Virus record (IMG/VR): IMGVR_UViG_2713897190_000002
DNA from: a virus
Taxonomy: Duplodnaviria; Heunggongvirae; Uroviricota; Caudoviricetes
Length of the DNA: 38,367 bases
Reading direction: 5' to 3' (one strand)
Shown here: one piece after another, positions 29,113 to 37,308 of the stretch
How positions within the stretch are numbered: position 1 is the first letter of the stretch
Layout of the letters: each line of letters begins with the position of its first letter
The notes under the pieces: generated by a model
What the model was told of the DNA's origin: nothing
The model's database searches: none
What the model saw: the letters and a program-made list of their open reading frames with translations, nothing else
Program-made: the position numbers and the translations under genes

Positions 29113-29549
29113 GCAGCCCGATCTCCCCATCGCGCTTTCCATTCGAGAGCCAGTCGCGCTTCGTCTGACCACTTAACGCCACGCTCTGTACCGAATGCCT
29201 GTATAAGCTCTAATAGCTCCGCAAATTCGCTTACACGCATCCTGCTGGTTGACTGGCCTATTACCACAAAGCCATTCCCGGCAAGGTTAGGAACAACATC
29301 CTGCTGCTTTAATGCTGCGGTAAACACACACTTCCAGCTTTCTGCATCCAGCCAGCGACCATGCCATTCAACCTGACGAGAGACGTCACCTAAGCAGGCC
29401 CATAGCTTCCTGTTTTGGTCTAAGCTGCGGTTGCGTTCCTGAATGGTTACTACGATTGGTTTGGTTGGGTCTGGAAGGATTTGCTGTACTGCGTGAATAG
29501 CGTTTTGCTGATGTGCCGGAGATCGAATTTCAAAGGTTAGTTTTTTCAT
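29109..29549 (-). CDS. ninB: recombination protein NinB
   Basis: 146 aa from the ATG with GGGAGAGGGAAG upstream; MKKLTFEIRSPAHQQNAIHAVQQILPDPTKPIVVTIQERNRSLDQNRKLWA resembles lambda NinB. Confidence 0.85.
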   Translation of the reverse strand: MKKLTFEIRSPAHQQNAIHAVQQILPDPTKPIVVTIQERNRSLDQNRKLWACLGDVSRQVEWHGRWLDAESWKCVFTAALKQQDVVPNLAGNGFVVIGQSTSRMRVSEFAELLELIQAFGTERGVKWSDEARLALEWKARWGDRAA

Positions 29550-29622
29550 GACTTCCCTCTCCCCCAAATAAAAAGGCCTGCGATTACCTGCAGGCCTGTT
29601 ATTAGCTCAGTGATGTAGATGG

Positions 29623-29913
29623 TCATCTTTTAACTCCATATACCGCCAATATCCGTTTCATCGTGGCACTCTGGCGACACTCCTTAAAAATCAAATTCGT
29701 GCTCACCTTTCCTTCCCATTCTTCTCTGGTAGCGAACCGATAATACACCGTTCGCCAGACCTTACCATCAACGACCAGGATTCCTGCCCGCGGCATTTTA
29801 GCCGCAGCCTGATTTATGCTGGTTACGGTTGCACCTGTTACCGCGGCAACGTCCTGCGCACAGAAGTTCTTATGAGTCCCCAAGTAATGAATAATTGCCT
29901 CTTTGCCCGTCAT
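29623..29913 (-). CDS. ren: Ren protein
   Basis: 96 aa; MTGKEAIIHYLGTHKNFCAQDVAAVTGATVTSINQAAAKM... matches lambda Ren; start overlaps the P stop. Confidence 0.85.
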   Translation of the reverse strand: MTGKEAIIHYLGTHKNFCAQDVAAVTGATVTSINQAAAKMPRAGILVVDGKVWRTVYYRFATREEWEGKVSTNLIFKECRQSATMKRILAVYGVKR

Positions 29914-30611
29914 ACAATTGCTCCTTTCAGCCCAAACTTAGCTTTGATTTCTGCGATCTTCGCCAGAGCCTGTGCACGATTTAGAGGTCTACCGCCCATG
30001 ACAGGAAGTTGTTTTACTGGTTCAGGTATCGCCTCACCACGGTTAATTCGCGCGGTCATACAGGACAGTTCATCGGCAGCCTTGCGCCGTAATTCCGCGT
30101 CAGTCAACGCATTGGCCCGCATGTTCTGATACAGGTTGGTAACCAGCCAGTAGTGCGCGTTTGATTTCCACGGATAAGACTCTGCATCCGGATACAGACC
30201 ACGCTTCCGGCAATACTCGTAAACCATATCAACCAGCTCGCTGACGTTTGGCAGCCCGGCGGTAACGGATGCTTCTTCCCGGCACCATGCAACAAACTGC
30301 CCGGGTGATGGCAGAAATGGTCTATTCTGCCGACGGGCAACACGCATTCCGGCGCTCACCTGTTCCATCGTGGTGATCCCGTTTTCCCGGAAAGCCAGAA
30401 CCCACTGGCGGCGGATTTCGTTCAGTTCGTTCTGGTCACGATTAGCCAGGCTCGCCGGGAAAGTTGCCAGTAACTGGCTGAATACACCGTTGATTATCTG
30501 CGCTACCTGCTGTACCTGCGGCTTTTCGTCGTACTGTTCCGGCATGTTGTTGGCGATCCGACGCATCTGCTCACGGTCAAAATTAACCATCTGTGCGGCG
30601 ATGTTTTTCAT
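29910..30611 (-). CDS. P: replication protein P (DnaB helicase loader)
   Basis: 233 aa, same length as lambda P; lies between O and ren; start overlaps the O stop. Confidence 0.92.
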   Translation of the reverse strand: MKNIAAQMVNFDREQMRRIANNMPEQYDEKPQVQQVAQIINGVFSQLLATFPASLANRDQNELNEIRRQWVLAFRENGITTMEQVSAGMRVARRQNRPFLPSPGQFVAWCREEASVTAGLPNVSELVDMVYEYCRKRGLYPDAESYPWKSNAHYWLVTNLYQNMRANALTDAELRRKAADELSCMTARINRGEAIPEPVKQLPVMGGRPLNRAQALAKIAEIKAKFGLKGAIV

Positions 30612-31507
30612 AAATCCACCCCGTAAATCCAGTCAGTGTTTGTCAGGTCGAGTTTTGGTTTGCAGGCTGTCACACCTGCCTGTTGCTTGTTACGGTTGAT
30701 TTCGAGCTGGGTCCACTTGTCGCGGAGTTTGGCCGGGCTCAGCACGTTACCGGACCAGAAGTTGTCCTGGCATGCCCAGCGGAACAGTACACACATGTCG
30801 CGATGGTTACGTCCGTCACGTTCACGCATCAGGCGGATATCGTTAGCCCACCCTGCAAAATTCGGTTTTCTGGCTGATGGCGCGATGGTCTTCACCATGT
30901 CAAACATCCATTCTGCGGCGGTCAGGTCTTCTGCTGTCCCCCACTTGCTGCCGCTCTGAATTGCAGCATCCGGTTTCACCACAGAAAGGTCGTTTTCTGG
31001 CTGGTCAGAGGATTCGCCAGAATTCTCTGACGAATAATCTTTTCTTTTTTCTTTTGTAATAGTGTCTTTTGTGTCCCCCTGTTTTGAGGGATAGCAATCC
31101 CCCAATTTGAGGGATGTTTTATCCCTCGTTTTAGGGGATTTTCCCTCGTTTTGAGGGATACACCATTCTGAGATGTTTTTATTTGGTCCAAACATGCCGC
31201 CTTGCTGCTTGATAATATTCATTCTGACGAGTTCTAACTTGGCTTCATTGCACCGTTTGACGGGTAACTTTGTAATCTCGCTAAGTTGAGAATCGGTGAT
31301 TCTGTCCATTGGTTTATTCCATCCATAGGTTTTACGCAGAATGGCAAGCAGCACTTTAAACTGTCGCTTGGTCAGATCTGCGCCTGAATAAGCCTCAAGC
31401 AGCATATTTGATAGTCTGGCGTAACCATCATCGAGATCTGCCACATTACGCTCCTGTTTGGCAAAGTTACCTCTGCAGAAGTTGAGTATTTTTGCTGTAT
31501 TTGTCAT
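30608..31507 (-). CDS. O: replication initiator protein O
   Basis: 299 aa, same length as lambda O; contains the ori iterons within its coding sequence. Confidence 0.92.
   Translation of the reverse strand: MTNTAKILNFCRGNFAKQERNVADLDDGYARLSNMLLEAYSGADLTKRQFKVLLAILRKTYGWNKPMDRITDSQLSEITKLPVKRCNEAKLELVRMNIIKQQGGMFGPNKNISEWCIPQNEGKSPKTRDKTSLKLGDCYPSKQGDTKDTITKEKRKDYSSENSGESSDQPENDLSVVKPDAAIQSGSKWGTAEDLTAAEWMFDMVKTIAPSARKPNFAGWANDIRLMRERDGRNHRDMCVLFRWACQDNFWSGNVLSPAKLRDKWTQLEINRNKQQAGVTACKPKLDLTNTDWIYGVDL
31075..31160 (-). repeat. ori-lambda iterons (four O-binding repeats) with adjacent AT-rich region (about 31030-31075)
   Basis: Four copies of about 19 bp, TCCCTCGTTTTGAGGGAT-like, on the + strand inside O, flanked by a T-rich tract CTTTTCTTTTTTCTTTTGTAATAG. 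Confidence 0.85.
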
Positions 31508-31539
31508 AATGACTCCTGTGGATTGATCCAGTAATGACC

Positions 31540-31836
31540 TCAGAATTCCATCTGGATTTGTTCAGAACGCTCGGTTGCCGCCGGGCGTTTTTTATTGGTG
31601 AGTCCATCAAGCGCATACTTAAAAGCCCTGCTAATCGGACTGATGTCTGATGCCATTCCGAAAGCACACAAGACCGAAGCAATAAATCTCCAGTCCGTTC
31701 TGCTTATCTTCGATTCATGACAGCCAATCATCTTTGCCAGACCGCGCTGGGTAATAGCTGACAGATTGATAAGTAAATCTGTTTCTGCGCGATCAACGTC
31801 ACGCTGTGATAGTTTGCTGTAACTTGTTCTTTCCAT
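31540..31836 (-). CDS. cII: transcriptional activator CII
   Basis: 98 aa; C-terminus LTNKKRPAATERSEQIQMEF matches lambda CII; the N-terminal region with its helix-turn-helix is diverged; lies between cro and O. Confidence 0.8.
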   Translation of the reverse strand: MERTSYSKLSQRDVDRAETDLLINLSAITQRGLAKMIGCHESKISRTDWRFIASVLCAFGMASDISPISRAFKYALDGLTNKKRPAATERSEQIQMEF

Positions 31837-31875
31837 TTCTTAAGATTTCCAATAGTGAATAGTTAGTTGAAAGGT

Positions 31876-31965
31876 ATGCGTGGAAACGCATATGGCCTTA
31901 GTTGGTCAGATATCTTGGAACTCGCTTTTCAGCGACGTAGGACGAATGTCCGTTGTTACAAACAG
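31876..31965 (-). promoter_or_regulatory. candidate nutR (boxA-like plus boxB hairpin CGCTGAAAAGCG) and tR1-like hairpin
   Basis: On the - strand between cro and cII: CGCTGTTTG (boxA-like), hairpin CGCTGAAAAGCG (P22-type boxB), then hairpin ATGCGTGGAAACGCAT. Confidence 0.3.
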
Positions 31966-31977
31966 CGGATCCGCTTA

Positions 31978-32193
31978 TTAAGCGGCTTTGTGTTCCGGCG
32001 GGAACACGTCATCAAGACTGACTTTTGCGCCTAACTTGTTTAGGCACGCAACAAGAGCACGGCATGTTTTAAGGTCTGGGAAGCGACGACCAGATTCCCA
32101 ATGTCCGATAGCTCCCTGTGTGCATCCAACTGCCTTAGCAAGTGTTGTTTGAGAGATATTCAGTGACTCTCGATATTTTCGTAGGTTGCTCAT
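31978..32193 (-). CDS. cro: Cro repressor (helix-turn-helix)
   Basis: 71 aa from the internal ATG with GGAGG upstream; MSNLRKYRESLNISQTTLAKAVGCTQGAIGHWESGRR; divergent from cI; the track ORF is extended upstream. Confidence 0.8.
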   Translation of the reverse strand: MSNLRKYRESLNISQTTLAKAVGCTQGAIGHWESGRRFPDLKTCRALVACLNKLGAKVSLDDVFPPEHKAA

Positions 32194-32310
32194 ATGCCCT
32201 CCATAGTAAACACGAATAAAAAAATACAATATGTACTTTGCGAATACAAGTAAAAATACACATTGTGCATGGATGGTTCCAGTACAGAGCGTAATAATAA
32301 GGACATGAAA
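32194..32310. promoter_or_regulatory. divergent pR/pRM region with candidate operators (oR)
   Basis: AT-rich intergenic region between cro and cI with TACAAT...ATGTACT and ATACAAGTAAAAATACA repeats; a motif like AGTACATAT(T/C)GTA also occurs upstream of N. Confidence 0.4.
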
Positions 32311-32964
32311 ATGAAATGGTATGAACTGGCTAGATCCAGAATGAAAGAGCTCGGCATAACTCAAGAGAAGTTAGCCGAAGAGCTAGGTATGACGCAGGGT
32401 GGGATTGGACACTGGTTGCGCGGATCTCGTCATCCATCTCTTAGTGATATTGGTGTGGTGTTTAAATACCTTGGTATTGATAACATATCATTCAACCACG
32501 ACGGGACATTTTCACCTGTTGGCGAATACTCATCGGCCCCAGTTAAAAAACAATATGAGTACCCTGTTTTTTCTCATGTTCAGGCTGGGATGTTCTCTCC
32601 AGAACTCAGAACCTTTACCAAAGGCGATGCGGAGAGATTGGTAAGCACAACCAAAAAAGCCAGTGACTCTGCATTCTGGCTTGAGGTTGAAGGTAACTCA
32701 ATGACCGCACCAACAGGTTCCAAACCCAGCTTTCCTGACGGGATGTTAATTCTGGTTGACCCTGAGCAAGCTGTTGAGCCCGGCGATTTCTGCATAGCCA
32801 GACTTGGTGGTGATGAATTTACCTTCAAGAAACTGATCAGGGATAGCGGTCAGGTGTTTCTACAGCCACTAAACCCACAATACCCAATGATCCCATGCAA
32901 TGAGAGTTGTTCCGTTGTGGGGAAAGTTATCGCCAGCCAATGGCCTGAAGAGACGTTTGGGTGA
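32311..32964 (+). CDS. cI: CI repressor (N-terminal helix-turn-helix not lambda-type; C-terminal S24 LexA-like domain)
   Basis: C-terminal about 130 aa ([28 protein letters not shown]...[12 protein letters not shown]) nearly identical to lambda CI as recalled; N-terminal domain differs; start is ambiguous between ATG 32305 and 32311; the track ORF starts at TTG 32263. Confidence 0.88.
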   Translation: MKWYELARSRMKELGITQEKLAEELGMTQGGIGHWLRGSRHPSLSDIGVVFKYLGIDNISFNHDGTFSPVGEYSSAPVKKQYEYPVFSHVQAGMFSPELRTFTKGDAERLVSTTKKASDSAFWLEVEGNSMTAPTGSKPSFPDGMLILVDPEQAVEPGDFCIARLGGDEFTFKKLIRDSGQVFLQPLNPQYPMIPCNESCSVVGKVIASQWPEETFG

Positions 32965-33003
32965 TGAAACCACTTTTATCTACAATTTACAGGGCGGTAA
33001 ACA

Positions 33004-33561
33004 TTGGCAAAAATAGATGATTATCAGCCAAGCCAAGTAGAAGTTGATAAAGTACTTTATTGTAAAAAAATAGTTAACTTTTCTGGCGTTAAATGGAAAC
33101 AGAAACCAAGTCGCTCTGATATGTGGCTACAAGCCCATATCATCCCCTTGGATGAGGATTGTATACCTATACAAGGGCTAAAGTTTGAACTGAAATGGAA
33201 ACCAGATCAGGATTCAGAACCTGATGACCCGATTTCTTACCCTAAAATAAATATTATTGCTTTCTATCATAACAAGAGGGTTTTCGCGGTAGATACCTAT
33301 CACTTTGACAAACACACGAATAGTTACAAGGTCGATCATCCGAAGTACCAAGATATCATTTACGGTGCTCACTACCATGTATACTATGAAGAAGCTGGAT
33401 ACTATAGTGATAGAATAGCGTTTCCAATCGAAGATGACATAAACCCAGATGACCTGGTAGGGTATTGGAATTACTTCTGTAAACATCTGAACATAACTTA
33501 CTCTGGGAGAATACCTTTACCGCTTGAAGATGAGTCGGGGCAAATGGGGTTTGGAATATGA
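33004..33561 (+). CDS. unknown protein A (185 aa), first gene of the two-gene cargo in the rexAB slot
   Basis: ORF about 40 nt downstream of cI on the same strand; apparent TTG start (next in-frame ATG at codon 40); AT-rich; Tyr/His/Asp-rich; no motif recognised; its stop overlaps the start of gene B. Confidence 0.6.
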   Translation: MAKIDDYQPSQVEVDKVLYCKKIVNFSGVKWKQKPSRSDMWLQAHIIPLDEDCIPIQGLKFELKWKPDQDSEPDDPISYPKINIIAFYHNKRVFAVDTYHFDKHTNSYKVDHPKYQDIIYGAHYHVYYEEAGYYSDRIAFPIEDDINPDDLVGYWNYFCKHLNITYSGRIPLPLEDESGQMGFGI

Positions 33562-34310
33562 TGTGCTCAACAGTGATCTCACAACTAGGTTTCGAATGCC
33601 ATCCAATAGGCAAGACCTTGAGAATTATCAGTCCATTCACTTACTGTGATGATGGAGAGCATGTCGGTGCCTTTATCCGTGAAGTCAATGGTAGGTATTT
33701 AGTTAGTGACAGATGCGATGCCTTAATGAATATGGAGGCAAGAGGGATCTCGCTTACCAAAAAACGACTTGATGAGATACGACAATTACTGCTTAAAGAA
33801 GGCGCAGAACTCAATGCTCGAGGAGAAATCATTGCTTGGGCAACAGAAAAGGATGTCGGTGCGATTACATCGAACATAATTAGAGCTGGTATACTCGCAT
33901 CAACTTTGTCGTTAGACTGGTATCAGCCAGTTCAAGCTGAAAAGTTTGAAAGTATGGTTATTGATTATCTATATCACACAGAGCTTAGAGACGCACTTTC
34001 TCTTCGTGAAAACGTATATGGCTTGAGTGGACATCAAATTACCGTCCCTGTAACAATAAAAACCGACATACCTAAATACGTTTTTACATCAAGCGTGAAA
34101 CACGGAGGAAGCTGGAATAGTGCTTACTCATTGCTTGGGAAACTAATTGATCTTAAAGCTTCAAGTGAGGAGTATAACAACAGATTTGTTGTTATAGACA
34201 GCGAAGCAATTGGTGATCAAATGCAACAACTCTCCTTACTCTTCCATGAATCAAGCCAAGTTCTACCATTCTCCAAAAGAGAGACTTGGGTTAAGAGACT
34301 TGCAGCATAA
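33558..34310 (+). CDS. unknown protein B (250 aa), second gene of the two-gene cargo in the rexAB slot
   Basis: ATG overlapping the stop of gene A; AT-rich; followed by a rho-independent terminator; no motif recognised. Confidence 0.65.
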   Translation: MMCSTVISQLGFECHPIGKTLRIISPFTYCDDGEHVGAFIREVNGRYLVSDRCDALMNMEARGISLTKKRLDEIRQLLLKEGAELNARGEIIAWATEKDVGAITSNIIRAGILASTLSLDWYQPVQAEKFESMVIDYLYHTELRDALSLRENVYGLSGHQITVPVTIKTDIPKYVFTSSVKHGGSWNSAYSLLGKLIDLKASSEEYNNRFVVIDSEAIGDQMQQLSLLFHESSQVLPFSKRETWVKRLAA

Positions 34311-34315
34311 TACAA

Positions 34316-34341
34316 CCCGGCCTCAGCGCCGGGTTTTCTTT
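34316..34341 (+). terminator. rho-independent terminator after the cargo operon
   Basis: Hairpin CCCGGCCTCAGCGCCGGG followed by TTTTCTTT immediately after the gene B stop. Confidence 0.6.
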
Positions 34342-34345
34342 GCCT

Positions 34346-34560
34346 CACGTTTGCCCACCTAAAAACACATAACCAATTATATTTATTGAAAAATAAATAG
34401 ATGCAACCCACTAAACCACGCAATTCTGATCTCTCCTTACATCGCCGAGGCAATACATCCACGCTAAAAAACAACACTATTAAATACAAAGCGTTATAAA
34501 AAACCACGCCAACTTACAACAAATTGTATTGATCTTGTAAAGTACATATCGTACTATTTA
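34346..34560 (+). promoter_or_regulatory. candidate pL/oL region
   Basis: AT-rich region upstream of N containing the palindrome AGTACATATCGTACT and ACAACAAATTGT, similar to motifs in the cro-cI intergenic region. Confidence 0.3.
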
Positions 34561-34602
34561 ACCGTCAGCAGGACGCTGGAAGCCAAATGGAACAGACTGG
34601 CA

Positions 34603-34648
34603 GGCTCTTTAAACAACGTCGACTCTCGACTACGTGGCTGAAAAGCCA
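34603..34648 (+). promoter_or_regulatory. candidate nutL (boxA-like GGCTCTTTAAA and boxB hairpin TGGCTGAAAAGCCA)
   Basis: In the N leader: boxA-like sequence followed by a short stem-loop with a GAAAA-type loop. Confidence 0.4.
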
Positions 34649-34746
34649 GATCACCCAACCACATAAGCTGTGGGATGCAATGCCGAAGCAACCGTCTCAG
34701 GAGGAGCTTCGAGATTGCATCGCCAAAGTTTATTCGGGAGGAATCC

Positions 34747-35019
34747 ATGTCCAGAAAAACAGAATTTAAAGGCACCGCAGCTTCTCGCCGTAGAGCTCGT
34801 CGCGCAAATCTGCAAAGTCAGGAGGCGATCAGCTCCGACAAGCTACACAGGCCAACCCCTTCACGAGTGGTCTTGCAATGCAAGCTCAAACCAGCAATGA
34901 GAGCAGAAGTGATAACTCTGACAACGTTGACCAGAAAATATGAAGGTTCAACTTGTCTTCCGAACGTAGCTCTTTACGCGGCAGGCTACCGGAAATCAAA
35001 ACAACTGACGGCGAGATGA
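34747..35019 (+). CDS. N: antitermination protein N (P22 gene 24 / phage 21 type)
   Basis: 90 aa from the ATG with GGAGG upstream; Arg-rich motif GTAASRRRARRANLQ; C-terminus VALYAAGYRKSKQLTAR resembles P22 gene 24 as recalled; the track ORF is extended upstream. Confidence 0.8.
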   Translation: MSRKTEFKGTAASRRRARRANLQSQEAISSDKLHRPTPSRVVLQCKLKPAMRAEVITLTTLTRKYEGSTCLPNVALYAAGYRKSKQLTAR

Positions 35020-35035
35020 TAAATTCATTTGCTAA

Positions 35036-35617
35036 TTACTTGTTTTTGCCATGCTTATCCTGAGCGATAAGTTCATCCATAAGGCTGTCTGCCTTCCCGG
35101 CAAACCTAATGTAGCACTCATGTCTATAGCTTTCAGGGATAACGAAACGGTCGGTATCAGGATATCCAACAGCAGGAGGCCTTCGAACGAGGAGTCCTTT
35201 TTTGAGCAATGAAATTGATTCATGAGCGCCCTTTTCCGTTTGTAGCTGGTTATTAGCGGCTACAGCGAATGCCAAATACGCTCTTTCTCCAAGAGTTAAC
35301 GAATCAAACAAATCTTGCACATATTTTTCTTCTTTAGATTTGCGCTTCTGAGCAGCGAATACCTCAATTCTTTCAGTCACAGCGTGATAAGCGGAATTAA
35401 CAACGCCGTTAAGCACATAGCTAACGCAAAACAACAGGATGTAATACATCCAGTAATGAGGAAGGATTTCTGGACTATGCAGGTTTATCCATTCTTTTAC
35501 GCTTACCGGCATAACAATAATCAATATGATCAGGATGATTAGCATATGAATCAACTGTTTAAGTGTCATTCCTTGCAGGAAAAAATGCATTAGTTCCTGC
35601 CACCATGAGTTGTTCAT
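35036..35617 (-). CDS. sieB: superinfection exclusion protein SieB-like (membrane)
   Basis: 193 aa; N-terminal TM segments (LIHMLIILIILIIVMPV, YWMYYILLFCVSYVL); convergent with N, as lambda sieB is; recalled similarity to lambda SieB. Confidence 0.6.
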   Translation of the reverse strand: MNNSWWQELMHFFLQGMTLKQLIHMLIILIILIIVMPVSVKEWINLHSPEILPHYWMYYILLFCVSYVLNGVVNSAYHAVTERIEVFAAQKRKSKEEKYVQDLFDSLTLGERAYLAFAVAANNQLQTEKGAHESISLLKKGLLVRRPPAVGYPDTDRFVIPESYRHECYIRFAGKADSLMDELIAQDKHGKNK

Positions 35618-35830
35618 CGGCGTTTCTCTTTTGCTCTCTGTAGGGGTGAATAGAGTTTATCCGATTTCTCGTTGTAGGGGTACACGAGAACCACCGAGCC
35701 TGATGTGGTTAAAAGACAGGCACAATCTTTACTACCGCAATCCACTATTTAAGGTGATATATGGAAGAAGAATTTGAAGAGTTCGAAGAGCATCCTCAAG
35801 ATGTGATGGAACAATACCAGGACTATCCGT

Positions 35831-36031
35831 ATGACTACGACTATTGATACAAATCAATGGTGTGGACAATTCAAACGATGCAATGGATGCAAGCTGCAAT
35901 CGGAATGCATGGTTAAGCCTGAAGAAATGTTTCCTGTAATGGAAGATGGGAAATATGTCGATAAATGGGCAATACGAACGACGGCAATGATTGCCAGAGA
36001 ACTTGGTAAACAGAACAACAAAGCTGCCTGA
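35831..36031 (+). CDS. ral: Ral-like restriction alleviation protein
   Basis: 66 aa, MTTTIDTNQWCGQFKRCNGCKLQSECMV...; length, Cys motif and position next to sieB fit lambda Ral as recalled. Confidence 0.55.
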   Translation: MTTTIDTNQWCGQFKRCNGCKLQSECMVKPEEMFPVMEDGKYVDKWAIRTTAMIARELGKQNNKAA

Positions 36032-36213
36032 TAGTGGCCTTTATTTTTGGCATAAATAACAGAATAAACACTGCACTGTGTATTCATTCCAACGAGTGAA
36101 TACACGGAGCAATGTCGCTCGTAACTAAACAGGAGCCGACTTGTTCTGATTATTGGAAATCTTCTTTGCCCTCCAGTGTGAGGGCGATTTTTTATCTATG
36201 AGGATATGAATAG

Positions 36214-36582
36214 ATGTCAAACATCAAAAAATACATCATTGATTACGACTGGAAAGCATCAATAGAAATTGAAATTGACCATGACGTAATGACAGAGGAA
36301 AAACTTCACCAGATTAATAATTTCTGGTCAGACTCTGAATACCGACTCAATAAACACGGCTCTGTATTAAATGCTGTATTAATCATGCTGGCGCAACATG
36401 CTCTGCTTATAGCAATTTCAAGCGACTTAAATGCATATGGTGTTGTGTGTGAGTTCGACTGGAATGATGGAAATGGTCAGGAAGGATGGCCTCCAATGGA
36501 TGGTAGTGAAGGAATAAGAATTACCGATATCGATACATCAGGAATATTTGATTCAGATGATATGACTATCAAGGCCGCCTGA
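36214..36582 (+). CDS. ea10: Ea10-like early protein
   Basis: 122 aa, located between ral and cIII as lambda ea10 is; identity by recall only. Confidence 0.5.
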   Translation: MSNIKKYIIDYDWKASIEIEIDHDVMTEEKLHQINNFWSDSEYRLNKHGSVLNAVLIMLAQHALLIAISSDLNAYGVVCEFDWNDGNGQEGWPPMDGSEGIRITDIDTSGIFDSDDMTIKAA

Positions 36583-36654
36583 GCGCGGCGTTACCGCATA
36601 CCAATTACGCTTCACTCGAGGCGTTTTTCGTTATGTATAAATAAGGAGCACACC

Positions 36655-36819
36655 ATGCAATATGCCATTGCAGGGTGGCCTGTTGCTGGCTGCCCTTCCG
36701 AATCTTTACTTGAACGAATCACCCGTAAATTACGTGACGGATGGAAACGCCTTATCGACATACTTAATCAGCCAGGAGTCCCAAAAAATGGATCAAACAA
36801 TTATGGCTATCCAGACTAA
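36655..36819 (+). CDS. cIII: CIII protein (FtsH inhibitor)
   Basis: Found by manual translation (not in the track): [54 protein letters not shown], 54 aa, matches lambda CIII; AGGAG Shine-Dalgarno. Confidence 0.85.
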   Translation: MQYAIAGWPVAGCPSESLLERITRKLRDGWKRLIDILNQPGVPKNGSNNYGYPD

Positions 36820-36931
36820 ATTCACTATCGCCACTTTTATTGGCGATGAAAAGATGTTTCGTGAGGCCGTCGACGCTTATAAAAAATGGATATTAATACT
36901 GAAACTGAGATCAAGCAAAAGCATTCACTAA
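36788..36931 (+). CDS. kil: Kil protein (host killing / FtsZ inhibitor)
   Basis: 47 aa from the internal ATG ([34 protein letters not shown]...), overlapping the cIII 3' end as in lambda. Confidence 0.75.
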   Translation: MDQTIMAIQTKFTIATFIGDEKMFREAVDAYKKWILILKLRSSKSIH

Positions 36932-37006
36932 CCCCCTTTCCTGTTTTCCTAATCAGCCTGGCATTTCGCGGGCGATATTTTCACAGCCATTTTCAGGAGT
37001 TCAGCC

Positions 37007-37303
37007 ATGAACGCTTATTACATTCAGGATCGTCTTGAGGCTCAGAGCTGGGCGCGTCACTACCAGCAGATCGCCCGTGAAGAGAAAGAGGCAGAACTGG
37101 CAGACGACATGGAAAAAGGCCTGCCCCAGCACCTGTTTGAATCGCTATGCATCGATCATTTACAACGCCACGGGGCCAGCAAAAAAGCCATTACCCGTGC
37201 GTTTGATGACGATGTTGAGTTTCAGGAGCGCATGGCAGAACACATCCGGTACATAGTTGAAACCATTGCTCACCATCAGGCTGATATTGATTCAGAGGTA
37301 TAA
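37007..37303 (+). CDS. gam: Gam (RecBCD inhibitor), short GamS-type frame only
   Basis: 98 aa, [39 protein letters not shown]... matches lambda Gam residues 41-138; AGGAG Shine-Dalgarno; the upstream GamL extension is out of frame. Confidence 0.9.
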   Translation: MNAYYIQDRLEAQSWARHYQQIAREEKEAELADDMEKGLPQHLFESLCIDHLQRHGASKKAITRAFDDDVEFQERMAEHIRYIVETIAHHQADIDSEV

Positions 37304-37308
37304 AACGG

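Noticed and set aside
33214-33640. 90-aa and 94-aa ORFs on the - strand inside cargo gene A
   Set aside because: They are antisense to the longer, operon-consistent + strand ORFs and are AT-rich chance frames.
34587-34769. 60-aa ORF overlapping the N leader and nutL
   Set aside because: It sits in the nut/leader region, overlaps the real N start in another frame, and has no Shine-Dalgarno.
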